64,000 nucleotides of DNA, from the NCBI GenBank assembly GCA_963762565.1, contig CAVXLD010000005.1:192001-256000 (forward strand). The letters run 5' to 3'. Shown piece after piece: positions 29,109 through 39,091 of this stretch; the stretch's first letter is position 1, and the number at the start of each line of letters is the position of its first letter. The notes beneath the pieces were generated by a model that ran no database searches, was not told the origin of the DNA, and worked only from the letters and a program-made list of their open reading frames with translations. Source of the DNA: an uncultured Verrucomicrobiae bacterium. Its GTDB lineage: Bacteria; Verrucomicrobiota; Verrucomicrobiia; Chthoniobacterales; JAFAMB01. Position numbers and translations under genes: made by a program.

Positions 29109-29400
29109 CATGGGACAGCACACTAAGGTTGTTGTTTCGTTCAACGCGCGAGCCAAGGCGGCATCTGCGCCACAAGGTCCGCGCCATCACAAGTCGATGT
29201 CAGCGTAGTCTAGGGAGCGGTTTCAGTCCATTCCCGGCAATTTGGCTATCAGCGGCTGTTGCGGCGCCGCTATCAGCGCAGCTGATAACCGATCGCGAGA
29301 CGGAACTCCGTAAAGTACGGAATATCGGACGTGCATTTGTACAAATCCAGCTACGTACAACGTCCTCGTCGGCAGCTAGAAACAGCGCACCAGAAGGGGG

Positions 29401-29415
29401 TGGCATGCAACTTGT
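29401..29415 (+). promoter_or_regulatory. Sigma54-like promoter
   Basis: TGGCATG-CAAC-TTGT (GT instead of GC at -12), about 15 nt before ATG 29430. Confidence 0.45.
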
Positions 29416-29429
29416 TATACAAATTTTCC

Positions 29430-30407
29430 ATGAGTCTTCGTTATTTCAGAAGCCTTTTTCTGCCTGGTCTTCGACTGGAATACAGGCCTTTCATTAGCGT
29501 CCTACTTGCAATCGGCTTAGCCGGACCGGTGTTGGCAGAGAAGAAGCTTAACTCTGTTGCTGTAACGGTAGGGGATCTCGGCAATCCTTTTTTTGTGCAG
29601 ATCGCGCACGGTGCGCACGATCAAGCAGCGAAAATCAACCCGGCGGTGAAATTCACGGCGCAATCGAGCAATTACGATGTTAATAACCAGGCTAACCAGA
29701 TCGATAACTTTATCTCTGCTGGCGACCAGTTGCTGATTTTGAACGCGGCCGACAGTAAAGGGATCGCGCCAGCGGTTATTCGGGCGAAAGCGGCCGGTAT
29801 GACCGTGATCGCCGTCGACGTCACTGCAGCCGGGGGCGTCGATGCTACCATTACTTCAAACAATAAGCAGGCAGGGGAGATAGCCGGGCAGTACCTCGCG
29901 GATCGTTTGAAGGGTAAGGGAAATGTTGTGATTGTAAATGGACCGCCGGTTTCATCCATTGCCGACCGGGTAGCGGGTTTCCTTGAGGTAATGAAGAAAT
30001 ATCCGGGCATCAAAATTCTGTCCCAAGACCAAAACGGTGGTGGTAGCAGAGATGGCGGTCTGCGGGTGATGACGGATTTATTGACTGCGTTTCCAAAAAT
30101 CGACGCCGTCTTTTCCATCAATGACCCGCAAGCTGTAGGCTGCGATTTGGCTGCTAAACAGGCCGGCCGAAAAGATTTCTTTATCGTCAGCGTCGATGGC
30201 GCTCCCGAAGTAGTGCCTTTTCTCAAGGATCCGAATAGCTTAGTCGCGGTTACTGCCGCCCAGGATCCTTATACCATGGCAGAGAAAGCCGTGAGCGTGG
30301 GTTACGACATTATGAATGGCAAGAAGCCAGAGTCACCAACCATTCTGATTCCGGTGCAGTTGATCACCAAAGAAAATGTCAATACCTACCAAGGATGGAC
30401 TAAGTAA
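29430..30407 (+). CDS. Ribose-type sugar ABC substrate-binding protein
   Basis: LGNPFF, VIAVD, NDP.A.G, VSVDG, AAQDP. Confidence 0.92.
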   Translation: MSLRYFRSLFLPGLRLEYRPFISVLLAIGLAGPVLAEKKLNSVAVTVGDLGNPFFVQIAHGAHDQAAKINPAVKFTAQSSNYDVNNQANQIDNFISAGDQLLILNAADSKGIAPAVIRAKAAGMTVIAVDVTAAGGVDATITSNNKQAGEIAGQYLADRLKGKGNVVIVNGPPVSSIADRVAGFLEVMKKYPGIKILSQDQNGGGSRDGGLRVMTDLLTAFPKIDAVFSINDPQAVGCDLAAKQAGRKDFFIVSVDGAPEVVPFLKDPNSLVAVTAAQDPYTMAEKAVSVGYDIMNGKKPESPTILIPVQLITKENVNTYQGWTK

Positions 30408-31929
30408 CGAGCAGCCGCTCCTGGAAGTACGCAAGATCAGTAAGAGTTTTCCAGGAGTACGTGCTCTCAATAGCGTCGATCTTCGGATCTGGCCCGGTGA
30501 GGTGCATGCCTTGATGGGTGAAAACGGCGCCGGCAAGAGCACGTTGATGAAAATCCTCTCCGGAGCCTATCATCCAGACTCCGGTGAGATTTTGATAGAT
30601 GGGAAAGCAGTACAATTCCGTAATCCTTACGATGCGCGAGCGGCTGGAATCGGCATCATTTATCAAGAACTAACGGTTGCGCCGAATCTGACGGTGACCG
30701 GTAACGTTTTTCTTGGATCCGAGCTTAAGCGGTTTGGGTTCATGAAAGATACGGCAACCATGGATCGAAAAACCCAAGAGGTGCTGCACCGGCTTGGGGC
30801 CAGGTTTCAAGCATCGGATCGCGCGGCGAATCTGGTAGTGGCGGAACAGCAACAGGTCGAAATTGCGCGCGCCCTATTTCATAAGAGCCGCGTGCTGGTT
30901 ATGGATGAACCGACAGCGGCTCTTTCCGATCGCGAGACTACCCGGCTTTTTGAAATTGTGAAGCAACTCCGTTCCGAAGGACTTGCTATCATCTACATCA
31001 GCCACCGTATGGCCGAGGTTTACGAGTTGGCCGATCGTCTCTCCGTGCTCCGAGACGGCGAGTACGTTGGCGAACTCAAACGCGCCGAATTTTCTGCTGA
31101 TAAGGTAATCGAGATGATGGTTGGCCGGCGGGTAGAAGAGTTCTATGAACGCGCCAGCCACACGGCAGGGCCCGTTGTCTTGGACGTCAAAGATGTGGGC
31201 GACGGCAAACGGGTGAAACACGCCAGCTTTCGGCTCCGGAAAGGCGAAGTGGTAGGACTGGCCGGACTGGTCGGAGCGGGTAGAACCGAGCTGGCCAGAA
31301 TGGTTTTTGGGGCCGACAAACGGAAGTCAGGCGACATCTTTCTAGACGGGCGAAAGCTAAAGATTAACCGGCCGCTGGACGCTATCCGGTCGGGGATCGG
31401 CTACGTGCCGGAGGACCGAAAGCTGCAAGGTCTTTTTCTCCAGATGTCGTCTTCAGCAAATATAACGATGAATATCCTCGGGCGTAGTGCGACCGGCGGC
31501 GTCCTGAACTTTGGTAAGCTAAAGGAACGAGCCAAAGCCGAGGTAGCGGCCATGCACGTGCGCACGGCGTCACTTGCATCTGTGGCCGGAGGGCTGTCCG
31601 GCGGTAACCAGCAAAAGCTCCTATTGGCGCGCTGGCTGGAAATTCAGCCGAAAGTTTTGCTGTTGGATGAACCAACTCGAGGTGTGGACGTAGCAGCCAA
31701 AGCCGAGATCTACGCGTTGATCCAGCGGTTGGTCGAAAAAGGGATGGCCGTGTTATTCATCTCCAGCGAATTGCCGGAAGTCGTCGGCGTGTGCGACCGA
31801 GTCCTGGTCATGCGAGAGGGAGAAATCTCGGGCGAGGTTGGGGGTGATACTGGGATCGAAATTACTCAGCAAAACATCATGAAACTGGCGACAGATGTCG
31901 CTCGGAGTGAACTAAACAATGGCAACTGA
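30376..31929 (+). CDS. Sugar ABC ATP-binding protein (RbsA-like)
   Basis: [25 protein letters not shown]. Confidence 0.95.
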   Translation: MSIPTKDGLSNEQPLLEVRKISKSFPGVRALNSVDLRIWPGEVHALMGENGAGKSTLMKILSGAYHPDSGEILIDGKAVQFRNPYDARAAGIGIIYQELTVAPNLTVTGNVFLGSELKRFGFMKDTATMDRKTQEVLHRLGARFQASDRAANLVVAEQQQVEIARALFHKSRVLVMDEPTAALSDRETTRLFEIVKQLRSEGLAIIYISHRMAEVYELADRLSVLRDGEYVGELKRAEFSADKVIEMMVGRRVEEFYERASHTAGPVVLDVKDVGDGKRVKHASFRLRKGEVVGLAGLVGAGRTELARMVFGADKRKSGDIFLDGRKLKINRPLDAIRSGIGYVPEDRKLQGLFLQMSSSANITMNILGRSATGGVLNFGKLKERAKAEVAAMHVRTASLASVAGGLSGGNQQKLLLARWLEIQPKVLLLDEPTRGVDVAAKAEIYALIQRLVEKGMAVLFISSELPEVVGVCDRVLVMREGEISGEVGGDTGIEITQQNIMKLATDVARSELNNGN

Positions 31930-32910
31930 TATCTTAAGCCAACCGACCGATCTGGCGCCAACGAAGCGTAAGGATCTCAGGCGTTCCTGATTCAAGTGGC
32001 GGGCATGCTTCCCGTGCTCATTCTCATTTGTATTTTGTTTGCAGTTCTCACCCCAAATTTTCTGACGGAGAACAATATTATCAACGTCGTGCGCCAGGCT
32101 TCGATCAACATCGTGTTAGCCGCAGGAATGACGTTTGTGATTCTCACCGGTGGAATCGATCTATCCGTCGGCTCTGTGCTCGGGCTTACCGCGGTGATTG
32201 CGGTCGTGGTTTCCTTGGTTCCACAACTCAGCTGGGCGGCTGTTCCGGCGGCTTTGTTGGCCGGATTAGTGATCGGCGTATTAACCGGGGCAATCGTCGC
32301 CTACATGGGATTGCCGCCCTTTATCGTTACACTTGGGACCTACACCGCCATCCGGGGCGCCGCCTACCTGGCCGCGGGAGGCACCACGGTTATTAATAGT
32401 AACATTGACTTTGCTTGGATCGGGAATGGTTACTTTGGGCCGATTCCCTGGTTAGTCATCCTTGCGCTTATCACCATCGCAGTCAGCGCGTTTATCCTGC
32501 AGGGCACAGTTTTGGGGGTGCATGTGTATGCGGTGGGTGGCAACCCGCAAGCTGCCCGGCTGACGGGCATCCCAGTCTCGTCCGTATTAATCTTTGTGTA
32601 CGGCGTCAGCGGGCTACTTTCCGGCCTGGGTGGAGCGATGAGCGCGAGTCGTCTATATAGCGCTCAAGGTCAGCTAGGTATCGGCTATGAGTTGGATGCG
32701 ATCGCGGCAGTGATATTAGGTGGTACCAGTTTCTCGGGCGGGATTGGGAATGTTTTCGGGACTTTGGTTGGTGCACTAATTATTGCTGTGCTCAATAATG
32801 GCCTAACTCTGCTGAACGTCTCGTTCTATTGGCAACTGGTCATAAAAGGAGCGGTTATCGTCCTGGCGGTTGCACTCGATAAACTGCGGACCCGCGGCCA
32901 GGCCGCGTAA
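31919..32910 (+). CDS. Sugar ABC permease (RbsC-like); probable 1-nt frameshift near 31978
   Basis: [30 protein letters not shown] 31919 is one base out of frame with the ORF starting at 31996. Confidence 0.9.
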
Positions 32911-33083
32911 GGGATGAAGGTTTAACACTTTAACTCGGAGCATTTATGCCAGCACTTTTCGTTTCGTGGATTGCAATGACTGTCCTGATGACAGCCGCGC
33001 TTGTTCACGCCCTGAGAAGGGACTAGTGATCCGCAGAGATTTTTGCAAAGCGGTTTCGACCAGCCGCGAAGCGGCTATAGACG

Positions 33084-33295
33084 GGGAGGGCGCGCTGCCT
33101 GTCCGCCATAGCTTTAGCGACGGAGGATCCCCGCGCGCCGCGAGGACATGCCACGACCCCAGGCGTATTTTCGTGTACGACCGTGAGAGTCCCCAGCTCC
33201 GTTAACAACGGATCGCGAGGATCCGACGTCGCCAACATCTCGAAGAAAAGAGCCTGAAGGCAGAAGGCTATGTCGGACAGGCAGCGATCCCTCCC
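33084..33295. repeat. Family A REPIN with nested inserts in both REPs
   Basis: Left insert has a 2-nt loop; right insert has a 32-nt loop identical to the one near 36010. Confidence 0.9.
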
Positions 33296-33513
33296 GGGCG
33301 TTGGGCGGCACGCAATCCCAGGAAGAAGCGCCTCCCGAGTGGCGCTCGACGTCGGTACGATCATTCGAACGGCCAGCATTTCGAGCGATTAGGCTTCGCA
33401 ACCGAGAATCTATAACCTGCACATATTCAGCAAGTTATGATTATGAAGCCAGTTGGCACAGAAAGTGATCCAAGGTTTCAGAAACAGAAGATTCATTGAG
33501 GAGGAGCCTCATT

Positions 33514-33639
33514 ATGATAATCCGTTCAACCATCAAAAACATTTACTATCCAAGACCAGAAAAAGGCGGACGCATTGTCCACCGAAGCGGAAGAATTCGT
33601 TACGTTCACGGTGCGCTCGTGGTGCAGTCGAAGGGCTGA
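33514..33639 (+). CDS. Small hypothetical protein (41 aa)
   Basis: GAGGAGG RBS; MIIRSTIKNIYYPRPEKGGRIVHRSGRIRYVHGALVVQSKG; sigma54-like site at 33454. Confidence 0.5.
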   Translation: MIIRSTIKNIYYPRPEKGGRIVHRSGRIRYVHGALVVQSKG

Positions 33640-33684
33640 TCGGCTCTTCGTTCTTGTCCTTCCGCCTTCGCCGACGCCCTGGTT

Positions 33685-33742
33685 GTGGAGCGCGCCTCGC
33701 TTGCGAGGCCGACATTGGGCGGTCGGCAACGTAGAGCGTGGG
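33685..33742. repeat. Family D REP-like element
   Basis: GTGGAGCGCGCCTCGCTTGCGAGGCCGAC...CGGCAACGTAGAGCGTGG; copies at 34875 and 55672-55854. Confidence 0.8.
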
Positions 33743-33972
33743 CTACGGCGGACGAGCTGTCCTCGAATCCAGGCGAGCAGAGTGACTGAGTATTGGAGTA
33801 CTGCGCTAGTTGGAATTACCCCCGCGGTCGCGGGGTTGGGTTGCTGAATGGGCACACCGACGGGTGCTCAGTCTAATCGCTTCCCTCGTCGCCCTTGCAG
33901 ACTCGTTGTTGTGGAGCGCACCTTCCCGCGGCCGCTGGATGAGGCCGATCTTGGCCAGATCTTAACGCGGTG

Positions 33973-34072
33973 CTCCAATGCTCCATTACTCCATTACTCC
34001 ATTACTCCATTACTCCACTACTCCACTACTCCACTACTCCACTACTCCACTACTCCACTACTCCACTACTCC
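33973..34072. repeat. Octamer tandem repeat (CTCCAYTA)n, about 12 units
   Basis: Directly visible; shorter relatives at about 5935-5965 and 23652-23688. Confidence 0.95.
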
Positions 34073-34198
34073 GCTCGGCTGGCTATCTAGTGCGGCTCGC
34101 AGAACGTATCCTACCCGGCAAGTGCCAGGCAGAAAAGAAAGGCCGACATGCAGAGGAGTAGAATAAAGGTCTCCATTGTTAGGCGCTAAATGGCTGGT

Positions 34199-34510
34199 CT
34201 AACAGCTTGCATCTAAACCGTAGCCGCGTGCGACCCACTCGCAGAATCGTTTGGCTTCACCGACGGTCTTGGCAGAGCTGAGTACGGCATAACAATCTCC
34301 GGCAAAAGAAAACATCGCCGAAAACATGCCGCCGACTCCGGAGTTAATCTCGAATTTTGCCGGTCCGATTCTGCCGACGAAATACTGAGCCTGCTCGTGA
34401 TTTTCCCAGCTTATCCGTCGACCAGGCCTCAGGTTTAAGCCTTCGGTGCGGCCGTGTGAATCCTCGGGTCCCAGTTCGGCGACAGGATGGGCTTTTGGTT
34501 CGTCTTTCAT
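34199..34510 (-). CDS. Hypothetical protein (103 aa)
   Basis: ATG-initiated ORF outside repeats with protein-like composition; no family recognised. Confidence 0.5.
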   Translation of the reverse strand: MKDEPKAHPVAELGPEDSHGRTEGLNLRPGRRISWENHEQAQYFVGRIGPAKFEINSGVGGMFSAMFSFAGDCYAVLSSAKTVGEAKRFCEWVARGYGLDASC

Positions 34511-34930
34511 TGCTTTCAGTCACAGTGACATCATTTTCTGTGCCAAAGTCGTGGACATCTACAACACTCTCATAGTGTTGTCCTTATAAGGTTTGAGCCG
34601 ATAGGTTACTCAGAACGAAAAACGGGAAGTTCTGAGAATCGTCTCTCGGTTCCACGCTCGGGCTTCGTGTTCGTCCTCGATTCGGCTCCTGGGGGACCGA
34701 CATGTGCAAGACGTCAGACGGGGCCGGGGAGCCGCGGCGGTCCTGGAACTGGGACGGCTGATGCCGATTTTGTAACGGTTTGGTAGCCGTCGATCCTGGC
34801 ACAGTAACGTCAACACCTGTGATCACCTCGTGTGGATCCCCGGGGCGCGATCTTTCAGTTTACGTTGCCGATTTGTGTAGCGCGCCTCGCTTGCGAGACC
34901 GACTTCGAGCGTTCGGCAACGTAGAGCGTG

Positions 34931-35052
34931 GGGAGGGCGCGCGTCCCCGCGCGCCGCGAGGACCTGCCACCAGCTGGCGGCGTATTTTCGTCTCCGATCA
35001 AAACACGTCCTCGGTTTCAATCAAAACGGATCGCGAGGACGCGATCCCTCCC
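34931..35052. repeat. Family A REPIN
   Basis: Canonical ends. Confidence 0.9.
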
Positions 35053-35107
35053 GGCGATGGACCCGAAAAGCATCCGCCTTGGCGGCTTGTAGATGCTGAA
35101 GGAATAG

Positions 35108-35142
35108 TTGAAAAGCAAGGCTGATGCGATAGCATCTGATGC
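35108..35142 (+). promoter_or_regulatory. Leaderless promoter with operator palindrome for vapBC
   Basis: TTGAAA-N16-TAGCAT, ATG 7 nt later; GATGC-GATA-GCATC overlaps the -10. Confidence 0.65.
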
Positions 35143-35388
35143 ATGCGCACTACGCTAGACGTCGATGATGACGTGCTACAGGCCGCCAAGGAACTCGCGC
35201 GGCGACACAAGAAGACTGCCGGGAAAATGCTGTCTGAGTTGGCTCGGAGAGGTCTAACCCTCCCGCAAGTCGGTTCGACAATCTCGACGGAGCCAGCCTT
35301 TCTCGGTTTTGAGCCGTTTCCCCGTCGCGGAGGTGTCGTCACAAACGAACTGATCAACCAGATCCGCGCCGCGGAGGCAGGGGAGTGA
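35143..35388 (+). CDS. vapB: VapB-type antitoxin (RHH/CopG)
   Basis: MRTTLDVDDDVL.AAKELAR...G..LSELARRGL. Confidence 0.9.
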   Translation: MRTTLDVDDDVLQAAKELARRHKKTAGKMLSELARRGLTLPQVGSTISTEPAFLGFEPFPRRGGVVTNELINQIRAAEAGE

Positions 35389-35816
35389 GACGTGCCCTGC
35401 TCGACATCAATATTCTGATAGCGTTACTCGATCTTGATCATTCCCATCACCAGGAAGCCAGAAAGTGGCTTGAACGAGAAGCCAAATACGGTTGGGCGTC
35501 CTGCCCAATTACGCAAAACGGCTGTATCCGGGTGATGTCTCAGCCGAGCTATTTGAACCCGTTGCCGGCCAGATCTGTAATTGCTCGATTAGCAGTCGCA
35601 ACTCGCTCGAACTATCATGAGTTCTGGCCCGACGACATCAGCATTCTGAACGAGTCTTTGGTCCGAGCCGAACGGCTGCACGGACCGAAACAACTGACCG
35701 ATATTTATCTGTTGGCTCTAGCGGCGCATCATGATGGGCGGTTCATCACCTTTGATGGAACTGTGCCGGCATCGGCTGTGGTGAACGCCCGGAAGAATCA
35801 TCTGGTTGTTATTTAG
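35385..35816 (+). CDS. vapC: VapC PIN-domain toxin
   Basis: LLDINILIAL, CPITQNG, QLTD.YLLALA, TFD; GTGA overlap with the antitoxin. Confidence 0.92.
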   Translation: MRRALLDINILIALLDLDHSHHQEARKWLEREAKYGWASCPITQNGCIRVMSQPSYLNPLPARSVIARLAVATRSNYHEFWPDDISILNESLVRAERLHGPKQLTDIYLLALAAHHDGRFITFDGTVPASAVVNARKNHLVVI

Positions 35817-35888
35817 GCGGGCGTGTGGAGCGTGGCGTCCCGCGGCCGCGCCTGCGCGTCAACATAAGCGTTCGAGGAGCCCCTGACA

Positions 35889-36072
35889 GGGAGGGCGCGC
35901 GTCCCCGCGCGCCGTGATGGTGTTCTCGAAGCCAACGGTGTATTTTCCGTCCTTGATTAGGCTAGGCTGTGGGCTTCGGGAACGACGGATCGCGAGGATC
36001 CGACGTCGCCAACATCTCGAAGAAAAGAGCCTGAAGGCAGAAGGCTATGTCGGACAGGCAGCGATCCCTCCC
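35889..36072. repeat. Family A REPIN with nested insert
   Basis: Right REP insert identical to that in the 33084 element. Confidence 0.9.
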
Positions 36073-36121
36073 AGCGCTGGGTCGGCAGCCGCCACCTGCT
36101 CAAGAGCCGAGTGGAATTGGA

Positions 36122-37690
36122 ATGATTCAATTTTCTGCAAAAACAGCGCGGATGGCATTCGCTGCTTTGCTTCTGTTTGCCAATGCAGATTGGGTTACCG
36201 ATTCGGCGGCATCGCCGGCCTCACTGTCAGTATTCGTCAAAAAAGCAGACGACGCCTACCGAAATCTTCCAGGCTCGATTGCGACTTACAATCTTGCCAT
36301 GCGAGAACTTTGCCTGGAGATGGAGGTCGAAAGTCCCCGGCAATTCGCCTCGAATTTAAGGAGGTTGGGGGTAGAGTTCGATTCGCCAAAGGTCGCGCTT
36401 CCGCTGAGGCGTATTCAGGTTGCCGCCTTTTCACCCGGATCGGATTGGAAACAGATCGGTGTTCCGTTAGTAGTTGGTTATGAAACGAAAGACGCGCCGC
36501 TTTATCCACCGGAGGGTCTTTTCGTGGACGGTACCGCAATCTATGAGCGGGCAAGGGGACACGCGAAATTTTTGATAGTCTCCCACAAGAACGATGTCCT
36601 GCTCAACGGGCGTTCTTATTCACTTGCTGCAAATCACAATGCGGCCGGCGATCACTTAAAGCTCAGGGCAAAACGTCTCGCGGCCTCGGGGTTTGCGGGC
36701 ATGATCCGTCCGCTCTCAGCGTCGCGGAAGCCGCAGATTTATCTCCTGGATCCGTATGATCCGAACAAAATACCACTGTTGATGGTGCACGGTTTGCAAT
36801 CGACGCCGGTGGGATTCGCCGCGCTCGTGAATGCGCTTCGCGATGATCCGGAAGTTCGGGCCAAATATCAGATCTGGCAGTTCTATTACGCGAGTGGCAC
36901 CCCTGTTTTGCTTAACGCTTTGGAGCTTCGAGACAGTCTGAAGGAGACGCTCCAGCGGCTTGATCCAAAAGATCGCGATGCTGCCACGAAGCGGATCGTG
37001 GTGCTTGGGCATAGTATGGGTGGCGTTATTTCACACACGCTGGTGAGTTCTAGCGACGATCGAGTTTGGGGAAGTGTCTTCCGAGTTCCTCCGGATCACC
37101 TGAAAGGCGATCGCGAAACAATTCATGAATTGGCGCGCATTCTCTTTTTCCGCCGGAACCCGCGTGTCGTACGGGTGATTTTCATGGCGGCGCCGAATCG
37201 CGGCAGCCCGATAGCCGATTCGTTGGCGGGGTTAATCGGCAACTCTCTTACCCGCGAGGCTCCGATGCTTGAACACGGATTCAGCCAGTTGGCCCGTTTG
37301 AATCCGCAAGCGATGACTCCGGAGGCAGCGGTTTACTATCGGGGCCGATTTTCCGCAGTGCGAACGCTTTCGCCGCGAAGCCCGGCGCTAATAGCGGTTT
37401 CCAAGCTGCCAATAGAAGTTCCTTACCACAGCGTGATCGGACAGCATTATTCAGGTCCGAAGGACCGAGGATCGGATGGGGTAGTGCCATACTGGAGCAG
37501 CCACCTGGACGGATCCCAATCTGAGCTGATCGTGCGGAGTGGACACGGAGGCATCATCTCCAACCGCGACGCACTGGGTGAGACCATTCGGATTCTGCAT
37601 GTCGAAGATCGTCTCAGGAGACTGCCCATCCTGCGGCCCGATTCACCGAAGCACGAAGGGTGGGGAGGGCGCGCTGCCTGTCCGACATAG
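36122..37690 (+). CDS. Alpha/beta hydrolase (lipase/esterase family)
   Basis: PYDPNKIPLLMVHGL.S, GHSMGG, SDGVVPY.SSHL. Confidence 0.88.
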   Translation: MIQFSAKTARMAFAALLLFANADWVTDSAASPASLSVFVKKADDAYRNLPGSIATYNLAMRELCLEMEVESPRQFASNLRRLGVEFDSPKVALPLRRIQVAAFSPGSDWKQIGVPLVVGYETKDAPLYPPEGLFVDGTAIYERARGHAKFLIVSHKNDVLLNGRSYSLAANHNAAGDHLKLRAKRLAASGFAGMIRPLSASRKPQIYLLDPYDPNKIPLLMVHGLQSTPVGFAALVNALRDDPEVRAKYQIWQFYYASGTPVLLNALELRDSLKETLQRLDPKDRDAATKRIVVLGHSMGGVISHTLVSSSDDRVWGSVFRVPPDHLKGDRETIHELARILFFRRNPRVVRVIFMAAPNRGSPIADSLAGLIGNSLTREAPMLEHGFSQLARLNPQAMTPEAAVYYRGRFSAVRTLSPRSPALIAVSKLPIEVPYHSVIGQHYSGPKDRGSDGVVPYWSSHLDGSQSELIVRSGHGGIISNRDALGETIRILHVEDRLRRLPILRPDSPKHEGWGGRAACPT

Positions 37691-37875
37691 CCTGAGGCAA
37701 CCAATCGATTTTTCTCCCAGCGGGGCGACGTCGGATCCCCGCGCGCCGTTAGGAGGACGTGCCATGACCCAAGGCCATATTTTTGTCCGCGATTACAACC
37801 CGTCCGCGGCTTCGTTGACGAAGCGGATCGCGAGGACGCGATCCCTCCCGGGCGCGCGGGGACGCGCGCCTCCCC
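37663..37875. repeat. Family A REPIN with 31-nt-loop insert plus extra half-REP
   Basis: Directly visible; overlaps the end of the hydrolase gene. Confidence 0.88.
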
Positions 37876-37906
37876 AATTTGCACCTGCGCGAGAGTTTCC
37901 TACCCG

Positions 37907-38767
37907 CTAACCTTTCGCGGATGGGCCACCAAGCTGCCCGACATAGTATCCCAGTCGAGTTTCCACATCGCCGGCCCGGTGGAAGCCGAGCTTCATCAAA
38001 GCCTCAAGTCTAGTTTTGGCGGCTGGGCGCCCAACCGAGGCAACAAAGGCATCCCATTCGGGCACGATTTCCGCGTCTTTTGGCAGGCTGGCAACATCGA
38101 CCAGCCGTTTTGTTTCGGCGAGGGCTTGTTTGTCGAAGGAAGAGATTCGCACCGCAAGCGCTTCCACAAAAGAATCGAGCTCTGCGTCCGGGAAAGCACG
38201 ATTCACATAGCCGTAACGCTCGGCGAGATCTCCTGGAATATCGTCTGCTCCCAGCAGCACTTCTAACGCACGTCCACGACCGATTAGACGAGGCAAGCGC
38301 GCCATGGGGCCGCCCCCTGGAACCAAGCCGGCGCCGACCTCCCATTGCGATAAGATGGCTTTTTCCCGACTGGCAAAACGCATATCACATGCGAGCGAAA
38401 GCTCGCTTCCAACGCCGGTAGCCCGTCCCCGAATCGAGGCAATGGACACGACATGGGCGCGGCTCAGGCGCGCAAACATGTCGGGAAGCGGCTGCAGACC
38501 TGTCGGGCCGGGAGACATGCCTGGGTCGTCTTCCGGCTTAGCTAGGAAATCCCAGTGGGTTATAAAGAAGCCTTCAACCGCGCTGTCAAAGACCACCACC
38601 TTTAGCTGCTCATCAGTTTCGATTTTGGAAATAATCTTGTTCAACGGGGAAAGGTTTTTCGGGCCGAAGATGCCCACTGGCGGAAGGTCAAAAGTAACCC
38701 GCCAATAAAATGGCGAACGTTGTTCCAGACGGATCTGTCCGCCGTCCGCGATAGGTGTTTCGTTCAT
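37907..38767 (-). CDS. Enoyl-CoA hydratase/isomerase family protein
   Basis: IRGRATGVGSEL.LACD.RFA, E.GAGLVPGGG, GRGRALE. Confidence 0.92.
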   Translation of the reverse strand: MNETPIADGGQIRLEQRSPFYWRVTFDLPPVGIFGPKNLSPLNKIISKIETDEQLKVVVFDSAVEGFFITHWDFLAKPEDDPGMSPGPTGLQPLPDMFARLSRAHVVSIASIRGRATGVGSELSLACDMRFASREKAILSQWEVGAGLVPGGGPMARLPRLIGRGRALEVLLGADDIPGDLAERYGYVNRAFPDAELDSFVEALAVRISSFDKQALAETKRLVDVASLPKDAEIVPEWDAFVASVGRPAAKTRLEALMKLGFHRAGDVETRLGYYVGQLGGPSAKG

Positions 38768-38797
38768 CCTCTGAACGACGCCTATAAGCGTTGTTGT

Positions 38798-38818
38798 ATC
38801 TATTAGACCTACGTATCG
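38798..38818 (-). promoter_or_regulatory. 21-bp shared motif, copy 2
   Basis: ATCTATTAGACCTACGTATCG, 30 bp upstream of the hydratase ATG. Confidence 0.7.
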
Positions 38819-38907
38819 GTTCGATGATTTTCCCGTTCTCTTGTCCTAAGAGACTCAGCCGGGCTTTCGCAGCCTGACGACGGGACGAAGTTCTGGCTTT
38901 CCTCCAC

Positions 38908-38928
38908 CAATACTTTGGTACAATGGAT
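38908..38928 (+). promoter_or_regulatory. 21-bp shared motif, copy 3
   Basis: CAATACTTTGGTACAATGGAT upstream of the haloperoxidase-like gene. Confidence 0.7.
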
Positions 38929-39091
38929 TTGCCCGCAAGTCTCCGCTTAATTCGATCAGGCGATCGAACGCCTAACTTTTATAACTATCGCAACCCCCAG
39001 CACGCGGAAGGACTCTAAGACCGGTTCACAAATTCTGGTGAGGCCATTCTCGAACGAGCCGCTGCCGCGTTGCAGATAACCAGCGAAAACT

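Noticed and set aside
33848..34166. ORFs with repeated TPLLHYS
   Set aside because: Translations of the octamer repeat in three frames.
36047..36121. Upstream start for the lipase-like gene
   Set aside because: The ATG lies inside the repeat insert; 36122 or later is preferred.
8961..37849. CRISPR array from family A repeats
   Set aside because: Copies are dispersed and paired in inverted orientation, not tandem; no cas genes in the window.
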